The translations under genes and the position numbers were made by a program. Below, in pieces: positions 36,199 to 45,187 of a DNA stretch of 51,441 bases. The DNA comes from Candidatus Fimenecus sp. GTDB lineage: Bacteria > Bacillota > Clostridia > Oscillospirales > Acutalibacteraceae. The stretch lies in contig JBJEPR010000139.1 of assembly GCA_051881335.1 (NCBI GenBank), positions 1-51,441 of the forward strand. Direction: 5' to 3'. The notes under the pieces are model-generated. The model worked only from the letters and a program-made list of their open reading frames with translations. It ran no database searches and was not told where the DNA came from. The first letter of the stretch is position 1; every line of letters begins with the position of its first letter.

Positions 36199-37689
36199 TT
36201 AGGCGGGGTCAGTGGGTTCGACAGACGCCGAACCGTTGATTGTCCACTTCTCGGCATTTGCATACGGATTTTCCTGCCCCAGTTTATCATAATACGCCTG
36301 CGGATACCGCGGATTTTCATTCACCTTGGCAAGCGAGGTATCAATCACGGTGCTTTCGTTTTCGCGAAGCATTCTGCCGATGACCACCAAACGCGCGTCG
36401 GAAAACTCATAGGTACAGGTCTGCAGGGTCAGAATTTTATCGGTCGGCTGAATATCCACGCCCGTGGAATAGAGCTTGCGTTCGTCCACTGCGGCAATAT
36501 ATTCCATAAACTTGTCATTTGTGCCGAAATCCGTAACGGTGTAGTTGAAAATATACCCGTTGTCGTCCTCTTCCTTGCTGTTGGTAATCAGCACCGCATA
36601 AATTTTGAATTTATAACTGCGGTACAGCGTATCGAATTCAATCACGGGCGACTCTTGGAAGCCCTCCACTGTTTTGTATTTCTTTAAATCGGCAAAGACC
36701 AGCCCGTCGCTCATATGGTGTCCGTAAATAATGGTGTTTTTATTTAAATATTTCGGGTCGTTGCGGTAATCCATACACGGACAGCCATAGCGGCTGTAAT
36801 TGCCGTAGAAATCCTTTTTGAGATAAGTGGCGTTATCTTCGGCTTGCACAACCTGTACATCAATTAACGAATTGGGAATTTGAATCCAACCGACCAAATC
36901 CTGGTTAATCGCATACAGATACGCATATTTCGCCATCATACCCTCAGGCAGATTGATGTTCGGATATTTCGATAAAAACTCCGACCAAACATCCGAGTCT
37001 GTGGAAGTACCGGTATCGTCGATAATTTGTCCTTTAATCTCTTTGTTCTGCTTGCTCGCCTGATAGCTTTGCACGCCGTACACGCCGAAATACACAAGAC
37101 AGCACGCCAAAGTCACCACCGCCAAATCGGTAATCACCTTGCGAATACCCTCGCCGACGGTATCGTGTTTATTCGGAAAGATTTTTAAGAATGCGCTTTT
37201 AAAAATCTCATTAAAGGTGCGGTATTCCTTTGTGCTTTTAGGCGGCTGGCTGACTGCGGTATTTGATTTTTCGGTGTCGGCCAACGGTGCAGTTTCCGTA
37301 TATCCGGACAAATCAGCGTATTCGTGATAATTGTCGGTTACATCGACAAACTGGTCGCCCTCCGACAGGAATTTGCTCTTTCTGCCGGTCGGAGCTTTCG
37401 TTTCGGGCGTCGTTTCCATCACCGAGCGCAGAACATCATCATAAATGCTGCGGCTTTCCTGCGCGTCGTCGTCCGCCTTCGCTTCTGTCGGGGGTGGCGT
37501 CTCAGCAGGCGGCTTTGCCGCTGAAGCTGTATCAGACGGCGTTTCCTTTGCATCGCGCAAGGAAGAAAGCAGCGCTTCTACCGTATCCACTTCTTGTGTA
37601 TTGTTCTCCTGCGTGCCATCGGAAGCGAGCTTTTTTTTGAGCTCATCAAATGAAAGCACCTCATTTTGTTGTTCATCGTGCTTAGCCAT
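36199..37689 (-). CDS. Class-B-type sortase paralog S3 with a ~190-aa acidic low-complexity N-terminal region
   Basis: TM helix, then DLVGWIQIPNSLIDVQVVQAEDNATYL, TIIYGHH, LTLQTCT and DARLVVIGR. The ATG lies 3 nt after the S2 stop, with a GAGGTG RBS. Confidence 0.85.
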   Translation of the reverse strand: MAKHDEQQNEVLSFDELKKKLASDGTQENNTQEVDTVEALLSSLRDAKETPSDTASAAKPPAETPPPTEAKADDDAQESRSIYDDVLRSVMETTPETKAPTGRKSKFLSEGDQFVDVTDNYHEYADLSGYTETAPLADTEKSNTAVSQPPKSTKEYRTFNEIFKSAFLKIFPNKHDTVGEGIRKVITDLAVVTLACCLVYFGVYGVQSYQASKQNKEIKGQIIDDTGTSTDSDVWSEFLSKYPNINLPEGMMAKYAYLYAINQDLVGWIQIPNSLIDVQVVQAEDNATYLKKDFYGNYSRYGCPCMDYRNDPKYLNKNTIIYGHHMSDGLVFADLKKYKTVEGFQESPVIEFDTLYRSYKFKIYAVLITNSKEEDDNGYIFNYTVTDFGTNDKFMEYIAAVDERKLYSTGVDIQPTDKILTLQTCTYEFSDARLVVIGRMLRENESTVIDTSLAKVNENPRYPQAYYDKLGQENPYANAEKWTINGSASVEPTDPA

Positions 37690-37692
37690 AAG

Positions 37693-38655
37693 TTACTGTT
37701 CACCTCTCGGATACCACTTTGCATCGTTTTTATACGGATTTTTTAGGTTGTACTTATCATAATACAACTGCGGATATTTCGGATTTTCATTCTCCACGGC
37801 ATAGGCGGTATTTTCTTCCGCGCTCTCACCGTCGCGCACCAGCCGCGCCATCACGACCAAGCGCGCATCCTCCTGCTTGTTCTCGCTTAAATCCAAATCG
37901 CGCGTGCAGGTGGAAAGCGTCAGAATTTTGTCACTCGGCAAAATATCCACTCCTGTACGGTAAAGGCTGCGCGTTTGGACTTCGTCGATAAAATCCACAA
38001 AGTTCTCCTCGGTCATAAACGGATATATGTAATTGAACACATAGCCGTTATCCAATTCCGGGGAAGCAGTGGTCAAAAACACCGCAAAGACCTTCCATTG
38101 ATAGTCTTTATAAATCGTATTGAATTCGATAACGGGCGCCGTCTGATAAAATGCGATGTCCTTGTATTTTTCCAAATCCGAGAACATCGTGGAATCCAAA
38201 TAATTGTGCCCGTATAAAATCGTATTGCGATTGAATTCGGAAACGCTGTTGCGGTAATCCATAAAGATACTGCCGCGGCGTAAATATTCCTTGTTTGCAT
38301 CACGGCGCAGATAAAAATCGTTGTCCTCACCTTGGTAAACGGGGAGGTCTATCGCTGTGTTCGGCACGGTAATCCAGCCGACAAAATCATAATTGGCGTT
38401 ATACGCCGCGCGGTATTTCGGCTGCACCTCGGCAGGCTCTGCGGGATAGCTTTCCGTTTCGGATGCCGGCACGGGTTCCGAGGTCATTTCCGGCGGCAAA
38501 GAAGCGTATTTCTCCTTCACATAGTGCACACAGAGCACGACCGCCGACACCAAAAGCAGAACACCGGCAATGACAATGCCGCACACCAGCGCCTTCGACG
38601 GCTTTTTCGGCGATTGCGCACCCGTAGGGGCGGTTATATTCGGCTGTTCCTGCAT
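37693..38655 (-). CDS. Class-B-type sortase paralog S2
   Basis: TM anchor, GWITVPNTAIDLPVYQGEDNDFYL, TILYGHNY, LTLSTCT and DARLVVMAR. The ATG at 38655 was chosen (AAGGAG RBS); the track start at 38721 overlaps S1. Confidence 0.88.
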   Translation of the reverse strand: MQEQPNITAPTGAQSPKKPSKALVCGIVIAGVLLLVSAVVLCVHYVKEKYASLPPEMTSEPVPASETESYPAEPAEVQPKYRAAYNANYDFVGWITVPNTAIDLPVYQGEDNDFYLRRDANKEYLRRGSIFMDYRNSVSEFNRNTILYGHNYLDSTMFSDLEKYKDIAFYQTAPVIEFNTIYKDYQWKVFAVFLTTASPELDNGYVFNYIYPFMTEENFVDFIDEVQTRSLYRTGVDILPSDKILTLSTCTRDLDLSENKQEDARLVVMARLVRDGESAEENTAYAVENENPKYPQLYYDKYNLKNPYKNDAKWYPRGEQ

Positions 38656-38692
38656 AAAAGAAGCTCCTTTTTCCCGTCTGTACGCGTTTGTC

Positions 38693-39682
38693 TCATTCCC
38701 CTTTCGGGTACCATTTTTCATCGTTCAAATACGGATTTTCCAGCTTGTATTTGTCGTAATACAGCTGCGGATATTTCGGATTTTCGTTGACCGTTGCTTT
38801 CGTGACATCGACTGTTTCACTTTCCCCCTCGCGCACAAGCCGCGCCATCACGATACAGCGTGCGTCCTCTTGTTTACGGGAGCTCAAATCCAAATCCCGC
38901 GTGCAGGTTTGCAGGGTCAAAATTTTGTCGGTCGGCAAAACCTCCACATCGGTGTGGTAGAGACTTCGCTTGTTGACCTCGGCAATAAACTCCGCAAAAT
39001 TGTCGTCGGTCATAAACGGATAAATATAATTGAACACATAGCCGTTGTCCAGTTCCGGCGAGGCAGTGGTCAAAAAGACCGCAAACACCTTCCACTTATA
39101 ATTTTGATATATCGTGTTAAATTCGATAACGGGCGCAGTTTTGTAAAATTCAATATCCTTGTATTTTTCCAAATCGGAAAACATCGTGGAATCGAGGTAA
39201 TTGTGCCCGTATATAATCGTGTTTTTGTTAAAGGTATCAATGCTGTTGCGGTAATCCATAAAGATGCTGCCGCGGCGTTCGTATTCCTTGTAAAAATTCC
39301 GGCGCATATAGTAATCGTTGTCAACAGCCTGCACAACCGGCTGGTTAATGGTGGTGTTGGGAATCACAATCCACCCGACCAAATCGTTGTTTTCGTTATA
39401 TGCGGCGCGGTACTGCGGCTGCACCTCGGCAGGCTCAGCAGGATAAGTTTCGGCTTCGGGTACGGTAGTCAGCTCGGCAATATTTTCCGCCTGTTTTTTG
39501 CTGTCGTACACCTCTTTAAAATATTTCACGCATATCCCGCCGGAAACGAGCAATACCAACACCGCAAGCACGGTAATCAGTCGATTGAGAACGCCGCCTT
39601 TTTTGCGCTTTTTCTGCGGCGGCTTTTGCGCAGGGGTATCGGGCACCAAATCCGTCGCCCGTGCGTATTGCTTATTGTCCAT
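38693..39682 (-). CDS. Class-B-type sortase paralog S1
   Basis: TM anchor, GWIVIPNTTINQPVVQAVDNDYYM, TIIYGHNY, LTLQTCT and DARCIVMAR. The start overlaps the pncC stop by 11 nt. Confidence 0.88.
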   Translation of the reverse strand: MDNKQYARATDLVPDTPAQKPPQKKRKKGGVLNRLITVLAVLVLLVSGGICVKYFKEVYDSKKQAENIAELTTVPEAETYPAEPAEVQPQYRAAYNENNDLVGWIVIPNTTINQPVVQAVDNDYYMRRNFYKEYERRGSIFMDYRNSIDTFNKNTIIYGHNYLDSTMFSDLEKYKDIEFYKTAPVIEFNTIYQNYKWKVFAVFLTTASPELDNGYVFNYIYPFMTDDNFAEFIAEVNKRSLYHTDVEVLPTDKILTLQTCTRDLDLSSRKQEDARCIVMARLVREGESETVDVTKATVNENPKYPQLYYDKYKLENPYLNDEKWYPKGE

Positions 39683-40157
39683 CGAATAAGTACCTCCGTA
39701 CAGCCTCTAACGCATGCTGTGCCGATGCAGTGCGGTTTTGCTCCCGCACATTGTCCGTAAATCGGTTTTCGTATTTTTCTACGGTCACGGCGTCTTTATC
39801 TGCCAATGCGATAAAGACAAGCCCCACGGATTTGTTCGTGTCATCGGAATTGGGCCCTGCAATCCCCGTCACGGCGACTGCCAAATCCGCATCGGCGGCT
39901 TTGCGCGCGCCCAACGCCATTTCGCGCGCGGTTTGTTCACTGACCGCACCGTATTTTTGTAAGGTTTCCGCCTGCACGCCGAGCCATTTTTCTTTTAAAC
40001 GGTTGGAATAGGTCACGAGCGACCCGTGGAACACCGCGGACGCCCCCGAAACATCGGTTAAGCGTTTGGCGATCAGCCCGCCTGTGCAGGATTCCGCCGC
40101 CGTGAGCGTCAACCCTTTTTCGGAAAGCAAAGAAATGACTTCTTCTTCGAGTGTCAT
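39672..40157 (-). CDS. pncC: Nicotinamide-nucleotide amidohydrolase (stand-alone CinA C-terminal domain)
   Basis: LTAAESCTGGLIA motif and GIAGP segment in 161 aa. Confidence 0.92.
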   Translation of the reverse strand: MTLEEEVISLLSEKGLTLTAAESCTGGLIAKRLTDVSGASAVFHGSLVTYSNRLKEKWLGVQAETLQKYGAVSEQTAREMALGARKAADADLAVAVTGIAGPNSDDTNKSVGLVFIALADKDAVTVEKYENRFTDNVREQNRTASAQHALEAVRRYLFDGQ

Positions 40158-40170
40158 AGCGTACCTCTTT

Positions 40171-41349
40171 TTAAAATGTGGTTTTAATCAATTCAAACCG
40201 TGCGCCCTCAACCGCGCGTTCCACAAGCGTTTCGACATCGAGCGCGCTTTCGGCGTGCTCCAAAAACGGAATTTGCGGACGCGTTTTCGGGTGCTTCGGG
40301 GTAAATACCGTACAGCAGTCCTCATACGGCTGAATGGAAATGTTAAAAGTATCAATCTGCCGTGCGCGGATAATGATTTCATCTTTGTCCATACCGATAA
40401 GCGGGCGGAACACGGGAAGGTCAACCACCGCGTCGGTACAGCCCAAGGAAAGCATCGTTTGGCTTGCCACCTGCCCGACGCTTTCGCCCGTAATCAGCGC
40501 GGCGCAATCCTCTCTTCTGGCAATGCGTTCGGAAATACGCATCATAAAGCGGCGCATAATCAAGGTGAACAGTTCTTCGGGGCAGTTGTCGCGGATTTGC
40601 GTTTGAATTTCGGTAAACGGCACGGTGTAAAGCCCGATGTCGCCGCTGTATTTCGCCACCTGCCGCAACAGGTCGTGCACTTTCATTTCCGCCTGCGGCG
40701 AAGTGAACGGCGGCGAGGCAAAATGCACCGCGTCAAGCACAATACCGCGCTTCGCCATCATCCAACCTGCCACGGGGCTGTCAATCCCGCCGGAAATGAG
40801 CAACGCCGCCTTGCCGCCTGTGCCCACGGGCATACCGCCCGCACCTTTGATTTGGTTACAGCGGATATACGCTTTTTTCTCACGCACTTCCACCGTGACC
40901 ACGCGGTCGGGGTTATGCACATCGACCTTTAAATGCGGGAACGCCGAAAGCAGCGCTCCGCCGACCTCGCGGCTGATTTCGGGCGAGGTTAAGGGGAATT
41001 CCTTATCCGACCGCTTCGCCTCGACCTTAAAAGTCGAAATTTCCGAAAGCGTATCGGCAAGGTATTCCTTTGCGGCGGGCAAAATCTCCGCCATATCCTT
41101 TTCGACCGCCGCCGCGCGTTGAAAGCCCGCGATACCGAACACCTTGGAAAGGCGTTCGACCGCCTCGTCCATATCAAAATCCGCATCGGTCGGTTCTATT
41201 GTAATCGTAGATTGTGAACGGGATATGACAAACGCGCCCAAACCCTGCATTCTGCGCTTGATATTTTTTACCAATACGCTTTCAAAGGTGGAACGGTTTA
41301 AGCCCTTGAGTGCCAATTCGCCGTTTTTAATTAAAATAATTTCCTGCAT
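40171..41349 (-). CDS. thiI: tRNA 4-thiouridine(8) synthase
   Basis: N-terminal ferredoxin-like/THUMP region and PP-loop LLISGGIDSPVA. Confidence 0.95.
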   Translation of the reverse strand: MQEIILIKNGELALKGLNRSTFESVLVKNIKRRMQGLGAFVISRSQSTITIEPTDADFDMDEAVERLSKVFGIAGFQRAAAVEKDMAEILPAAKEYLADTLSEISTFKVEAKRSDKEFPLTSPEISREVGGALLSAFPHLKVDVHNPDRVVTVEVREKKAYIRCNQIKGAGGMPVGTGGKAALLISGGIDSPVAGWMMAKRGIVLDAVHFASPPFTSPQAEMKVHDLLRQVAKYSGDIGLYTVPFTEIQTQIRDNCPEELFTLIMRRFMMRISERIARREDCAALITGESVGQVASQTMLSLGCTDAVVDLPVFRPLIGMDKDEIIIRARQIDTFNISIQPYEDCCTVFTPKHPKTRPQIPFLEHAESALDVETLVERAVEGARFELIKTTF

Positions 41350-41352
41350 ACT

Positions 41353-42477
41353 TTATCCTTTTTTACGAAGTGTCTGCACTTCGGTTTTCAGCGTTTGTAA
41401 ACAAAAGTCAATTTCTTCCGCCGTCGTTTCGCGCGAAAGGCTGATGCGCACGGCAGTGTCAATTTCCGCTGAAGAAAGCCCCATAGCCGTCAGCACAGGA
41501 CTGCGGTGTCCTTTGGCGCAAGCCGAGCCCGCCGAAACATACACGCCCTGTGATGAAAGAAAATTCACACTCACCTGCGAGGGAATCTCCTCAACGGAAA
41601 TGTTTACAATATAGGGGAGCGCATTTTCGGGGGAGTTTATGCGAATGCCGTCAATCTGTCGCAAACCGCTTACCAGTCGGTCACGAAGTGCCGAAACGCG
41701 TTCCCCGTTTTTGCGAATGTCGCCGACCGCCGCTGTTGCCGCGCCGAACGCCGCAATCGCGGGCATCGCCTGTGTACCCGAGACAAGCCCGTTTTCCTGT
41801 CCGCCGCCGAACAGATACGGTTTCAAATGCAATCCCTGCCGCACATACAGCGCGCCTGCGCCCTTTAAACCGTGAATTTTGTGTGCGCTGACGGACATCA
41901 AATCAATTCCGCATTTTTTCGGCGCAATCGGCAATTTCAGGAAGCCCTGCACCGCGTCCACATGCAAAAGCGCTTTGCTCTTTTTGCGCCGCAGAATGCC
42001 CGCAATTTTATCAAACGGTAAAACACTGCCGACCTCGTTATTCACGGCCATCAGGCTTACCAAAACGGTTTGTTCGTCCACCGCATTTTCGAACTGCTCT
42101 GCGGAGAGATTGCCGTCGGCGTCAGGCAAAAGGCGTACGACCGTAAAGCCCTGTTCCTCCAATCGGCGCATACAGTTTTCCACGCTCGGGTGCTCAAATG
42201 CCGTGGTGACGATTGTGCCGCCATGCCGTCCTGCCGCGCCGAAAATCGCGGTGTTGTTTGCCGCCGTGCCGCTCGGCGTAAAATAAATTTCCGCACGGTC
42301 CGCCGAAAGGGCTTTGGCAACTTCACCGCGTGCCGTTTCAAGCATTTGCAGTGCCGTAAGCCCGCATTCGTGCAAAGACGAGGGATTGCCGAAGGCTTCG
42401 GTCATCGCCGTATTTGCGGCGTCCACCGCCGCTTGACACGGCTTTGTGGTCGCGCTGTTGTCTAAATAACAATGCAA
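41353..42477 (-). CDS. Cysteine desulfurase (class V aminotransferase, NifS/IscS-like)
   Basis: YLDNSATT N-terminus, SAHKIHG.KG PLP-lysine motif and SAGSAC active-site Cys loop. A TTG at 42477 (AAGAGGG RBS) is preferred over the track TTG at 42516; the start is uncertain. Confidence 0.9.
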   Translation of the reverse strand: MHCYLDNSATTKPCQAAVDAANTAMTEAFGNPSSLHECGLTALQMLETARGEVAKALSADRAEIYFTPSGTAANNTAIFGAAGRHGGTIVTTAFEHPSVENCMRRLEEQGFTVVRLLPDADGNLSAEQFENAVDEQTVLVSLMAVNNEVGSVLPFDKIAGILRRKKSKALLHVDAVQGFLKLPIAPKKCGIDLMSVSAHKIHGLKGAGALYVRQGLHLKPYLFGGGQENGLVSGTQAMPAIAAFGAATAAVGDIRKNGERVSALRDRLVSGLRQIDGIRINSPENALPYIVNISVEEIPSQVSVNFLSSQGVYVSAGSACAKGHRSPVLTAMGLSSAEIDTAVRISLSRETTAEEIDFCLQTLKTEVQTLRKKG

Positions 42478-42637
42478 AGCAAACCCTCTTTTCAAAAAAC
42501 TTTCAAAATACAACAATATCGCAGTTTCTTATTATACACGATAATCCTTGCTTTGGCAAATAAAACAGCATATTTTTTCAAAGAAATTTCTGTATATTTT
42601 CATATTTTCTGCAAATTCTACCTGAGAGGTGAACAAT

Positions 42638-43981
42638 ATGAAGCAAGAAATCACCAAACGCGGAAAAATTCGTGTTTTTTCGTTCAGCACGGCTGTGTTC
42701 TTGGTCCTTTTAACCTTTGCGATTGTCGGGAATGTCCGCGCAACAAAGCTGCAACGGCAGGTACGCCTGTCGAGTGAGCGTGCCTTGTGCGAATTGGACA
42801 CCTATTTAGACACGATTTACACAGATTTACAAAAGGGCATTTACACCGCCACCCCGCCGATGTTAGGCAGCCTTTCCGAGGAACTGCACCGCGCGGCAAC
42901 GGGCGCAAAAACCAGCCTGTCGGTGTTGCCGCTGTCGGGCGTACAAATGGACAACACCTACAAATTTCTGTCGCAGGTCGGCGATTTTGTAGCTACGCTC
43001 AACGGGAAGGCACAGCGCGGTGAAAAAATCACCGACGAAGAACGCGCGCAGATGCAAAATCTGTTGTCGTTTTCCCAAACGCTGACGGAGGAAATCTCCG
43101 CGATGCGCACGCAGTTGTACGACGGGAGCTTGGATTTTACGGCAACCAACCAAACACTTGCCGCAACCAAAGAAAAAACCGCCCTGTTATCCGACGATAT
43201 GGAGGACGCGGAGCAGTCGCTGACGGAATATCCGTCGCTTATCTACGACGGGCCGTTTTCCGACCATATTTTGCAGAAAGAGTCCGTCTATTTAGCCGAT
43301 AAACCCGAAATCACACGGGACGAAGCACTCGAAAAAGCGGCAAAAATCTTAAAAATCGATAAGACAAACTTGGAATTTTTGTCGGAGGAGGCAGACAGCA
43401 CCGCCGCCTACTGCTTCCGATATGACGATACCGTAATCGCTATCACCAAAAAAGGCGGCGAGCTATTGTATATGCTGTCCTCCGCATTTGTCGGGGAAAG
43501 TACCATAGGCTATGAGGACGCGCGCAAATACGCTTCCGAATTTTTGGTGCAGAACGGCTTTCACGATATGCACGAAAGCTATTACAGCATCTCCGACGGC
43601 ATTTGCACCATCAATTATGCTTATCAAGACGGAGAATATATCTGTTATCCCGATTTAATCAAGGTTTCCGTCAGCCTTGCGGACGGCAAAATTCTTTCAG
43701 CGGACTGCCGCGGGTATCTGATGAACCACAAAGCGCGCAGTATCCCCGCGCCCGCACTCCCCGCCGCCGAGGCACAGAAAAATATCAGCCCGCTGCTCAC
43801 CGTCATTGACACACATCTTGCGGTCATTCCCACCGACAGCGGGGCAGAAAAATACACCTACGAATTCCATTGCAAAAATGAGAGCGGAACGGAATTTTTG
43901 GTGTATATCGACACCGAAACCGGCTACGAGGACGATATTTTAATTCTTTTGTACGCAGATGACGGCGTTTTGACAAAATAA
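42638..43981 (+). CDS. ypeB: Germination protein YpeB-like (PepSY-domain membrane-anchored protein)
   Basis: N-terminal TM anchor. Collinear similarity, from memory, to Bacillus YpeB (E.AL.EL...LD.I...L.K......P..L..L..E..R.A..A..SLS.LPL......NT.KFLSQVGDF). C-terminal PepSY-like repeats. Confidence 0.8.
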   Translation: MKQEITKRGKIRVFSFSTAVFLVLLTFAIVGNVRATKLQRQVRLSSERALCELDTYLDTIYTDLQKGIYTATPPMLGSLSEELHRAATGAKTSLSVLPLSGVQMDNTYKFLSQVGDFVATLNGKAQRGEKITDEERAQMQNLLSFSQTLTEEISAMRTQLYDGSLDFTATNQTLAATKEKTALLSDDMEDAEQSLTEYPSLIYDGPFSDHILQKESVYLADKPEITRDEALEKAAKILKIDKTNLEFLSEEADSTAAYCFRYDDTVIAITKKGGELLYMLSSAFVGESTIGYEDARKYASEFLVQNGFHDMHESYYSISDGICTINYAYQDGEYICYPDLIKVSVSLADGKILSADCRGYLMNHKARSIPAPALPAAEAQKNISPLLTVIDTHLAVIPTDSGAEKYTYEFHCKNESGTEFLVYIDTETGYEDDILILLYADDGVLTK

Positions 43982-44046
43982 TGTATAAATCCAATCGGGC
44001 GGTGCACACTAACAGCGTCCGAAAATCAGGAAAAGAGGAAAATTCT

Positions 44047-44367
44047 ATGAAAAAAAGCATACTTTTGATTGCGGCGTTAATTGCTGTTTTGGCGATTGCC
44101 TTGGTTGCCTGCGGCGGCAGAAACGACGGTATGGTGACAGACAATGACAATACAGTGACCAACGGTGTGACGAACGGCGTTTCAAACGGTGTCTCCAATG
44201 CAGGAAACGCGGTCGGTGACGCGGCTGAGGACATCGGCAACGGTGTCGGCAGTGCCGTAACCGGCGTCGGCGACCTTGCCGGCGACATTGTAACCGGTGC
44301 GGGCGATCTTGTCAGCGATGTTATGCCCGGCGCACACGAAGGTGTGTCTGAAACCACAACGCGCTGA
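44047..44367 (+). CDS. Small lipoprotein with Gly/Val/Asn repeats
   Basis: Signal peptide with lipobox LVAC|G, then (T/S)NGV x4 and GD..(G/S)D(I/V) repeats. RBS AGAGGAAA. Confidence 0.7.
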   Translation: MKKSILLIAALIAVLAIALVACGGRNDGMVTDNDNTVTNGVTNGVSNGVSNAGNAVGDAAEDIGNGVGSAVTGVGDLAGDIVTGAGDLVSDVMPGAHEGVSETTTR

Positions 44368-44385
44368 GCGCTGCAATCTAAAACG

Positions 44386-44425
44386 AAACACAGCCTTGCA
44401 CAAAACCGTGCAGGGCTGTGTTTTT
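44386..44425. terminator. Bidirectional terminator between convergent genes
   Basis: AAACACAGCCTTGCAC-aaaacc-GTGCAGGGCTGTGTTT followed by TT. Confidence 0.75.
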
Positions 44426-44428
44426 GCA

Positions 44429-45187
44429 TTATAAAATTAAGTTTTCGGCGATCTGCCGTTTGTAATTTAAAAATGCAGGGGTCAGCGAAAAATCGTGCGG
44501 TCGCGGACGCGGCGCATCAATCGGAATTTCACATAAGATATGCCCCGGCTTACCGCCCAAAATGCAAATACGGTCGGACAGCTTCACTGCTTCGTCCGTA
44601 TCGTGCGTGATAAACAGCGTGGACAGCTCAATTTCATTCATAATATCCAAATACCAATCGTGCATCGCGCTTTTGGTAATGGTATCCAGCGCGCTGAACG
44701 GCTCGTCCAACAGTGCCACGCCGTCGCTTGCAAGATAGGTGCGCAACAGCGCCGCGCGCTGACGCATTCCGCCCGACAGCTTATTCGGATATTTTTTTTG
44801 TGTGCCGTCAATGCCGAATTTTTGAAAATAGGACGACGCTTTTTCGCGCGCCTGTTTTTTGGGCATACCCTTGATAATCAGCGGCAACGCGACATTATCG
44901 ACCACCGTGCGGTACGGCAACAGCAAATCCTTTTGGAGCATATAGCTGATTTCGCCGGGATGCCCCGTAATCTCGCGGTCACCGAGATATACCTTACCGC
45001 TGTCGGGCTGCATCAATCCCGAAAGAATGTTGAATAGCGTGGTCTTACCGCCGCCGCTCACGCCGAGCAAGCAAACCAGCTCGCCTTTTTTCAGCGTGAA
45101 ATTCACATTTTCGAGTACGCGGTTGTCCCCGAAGCTTTTGGAAATGCCCTCGGCACGCAATACGATTTCGTTAGGAGAGATAGGCAT
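44429..45187 (-). CDS. ABC transporter ATP-binding protein (NitT/TauT family; ThiZ-like)
   Basis: Walker A GVSGGGKTT, signature LSGGMRQR, Walker B LLDEP. Last gene of the TPP-riboswitch operon. Confidence 0.9.
   Translation of the reverse strand: MPISPNEIVLRAEGISKSFGDNRVLENVNFTLKKGELVCLLGVSGGGKTTLFNILSGLMQPDSGKVYLGDREITGHPGEISYMLQKDLLLPYRTVVDNVALPLIIKGMPKKQAREKASSYFQKFGIDGTQKKYPNKLSGGMRQRAALLRTYLASDGVALLDEPFSALDTITKSAMHDWYLDIMNEIELSTLFITHDTDEAVKLSDRICILGGKPGHILCEIPIDAPRPRPHDFSLTPAFLNYKRQIAENLIL

Noticed and set aside
38570-39760. 396-aa plus-strand ORF opposite the sortase S1/S2 genes.
   Set aside because: It is antisense to genes that carry clear sortase catalytic motifs. It is low-complexity and Arg/His-rich, with no RBS.
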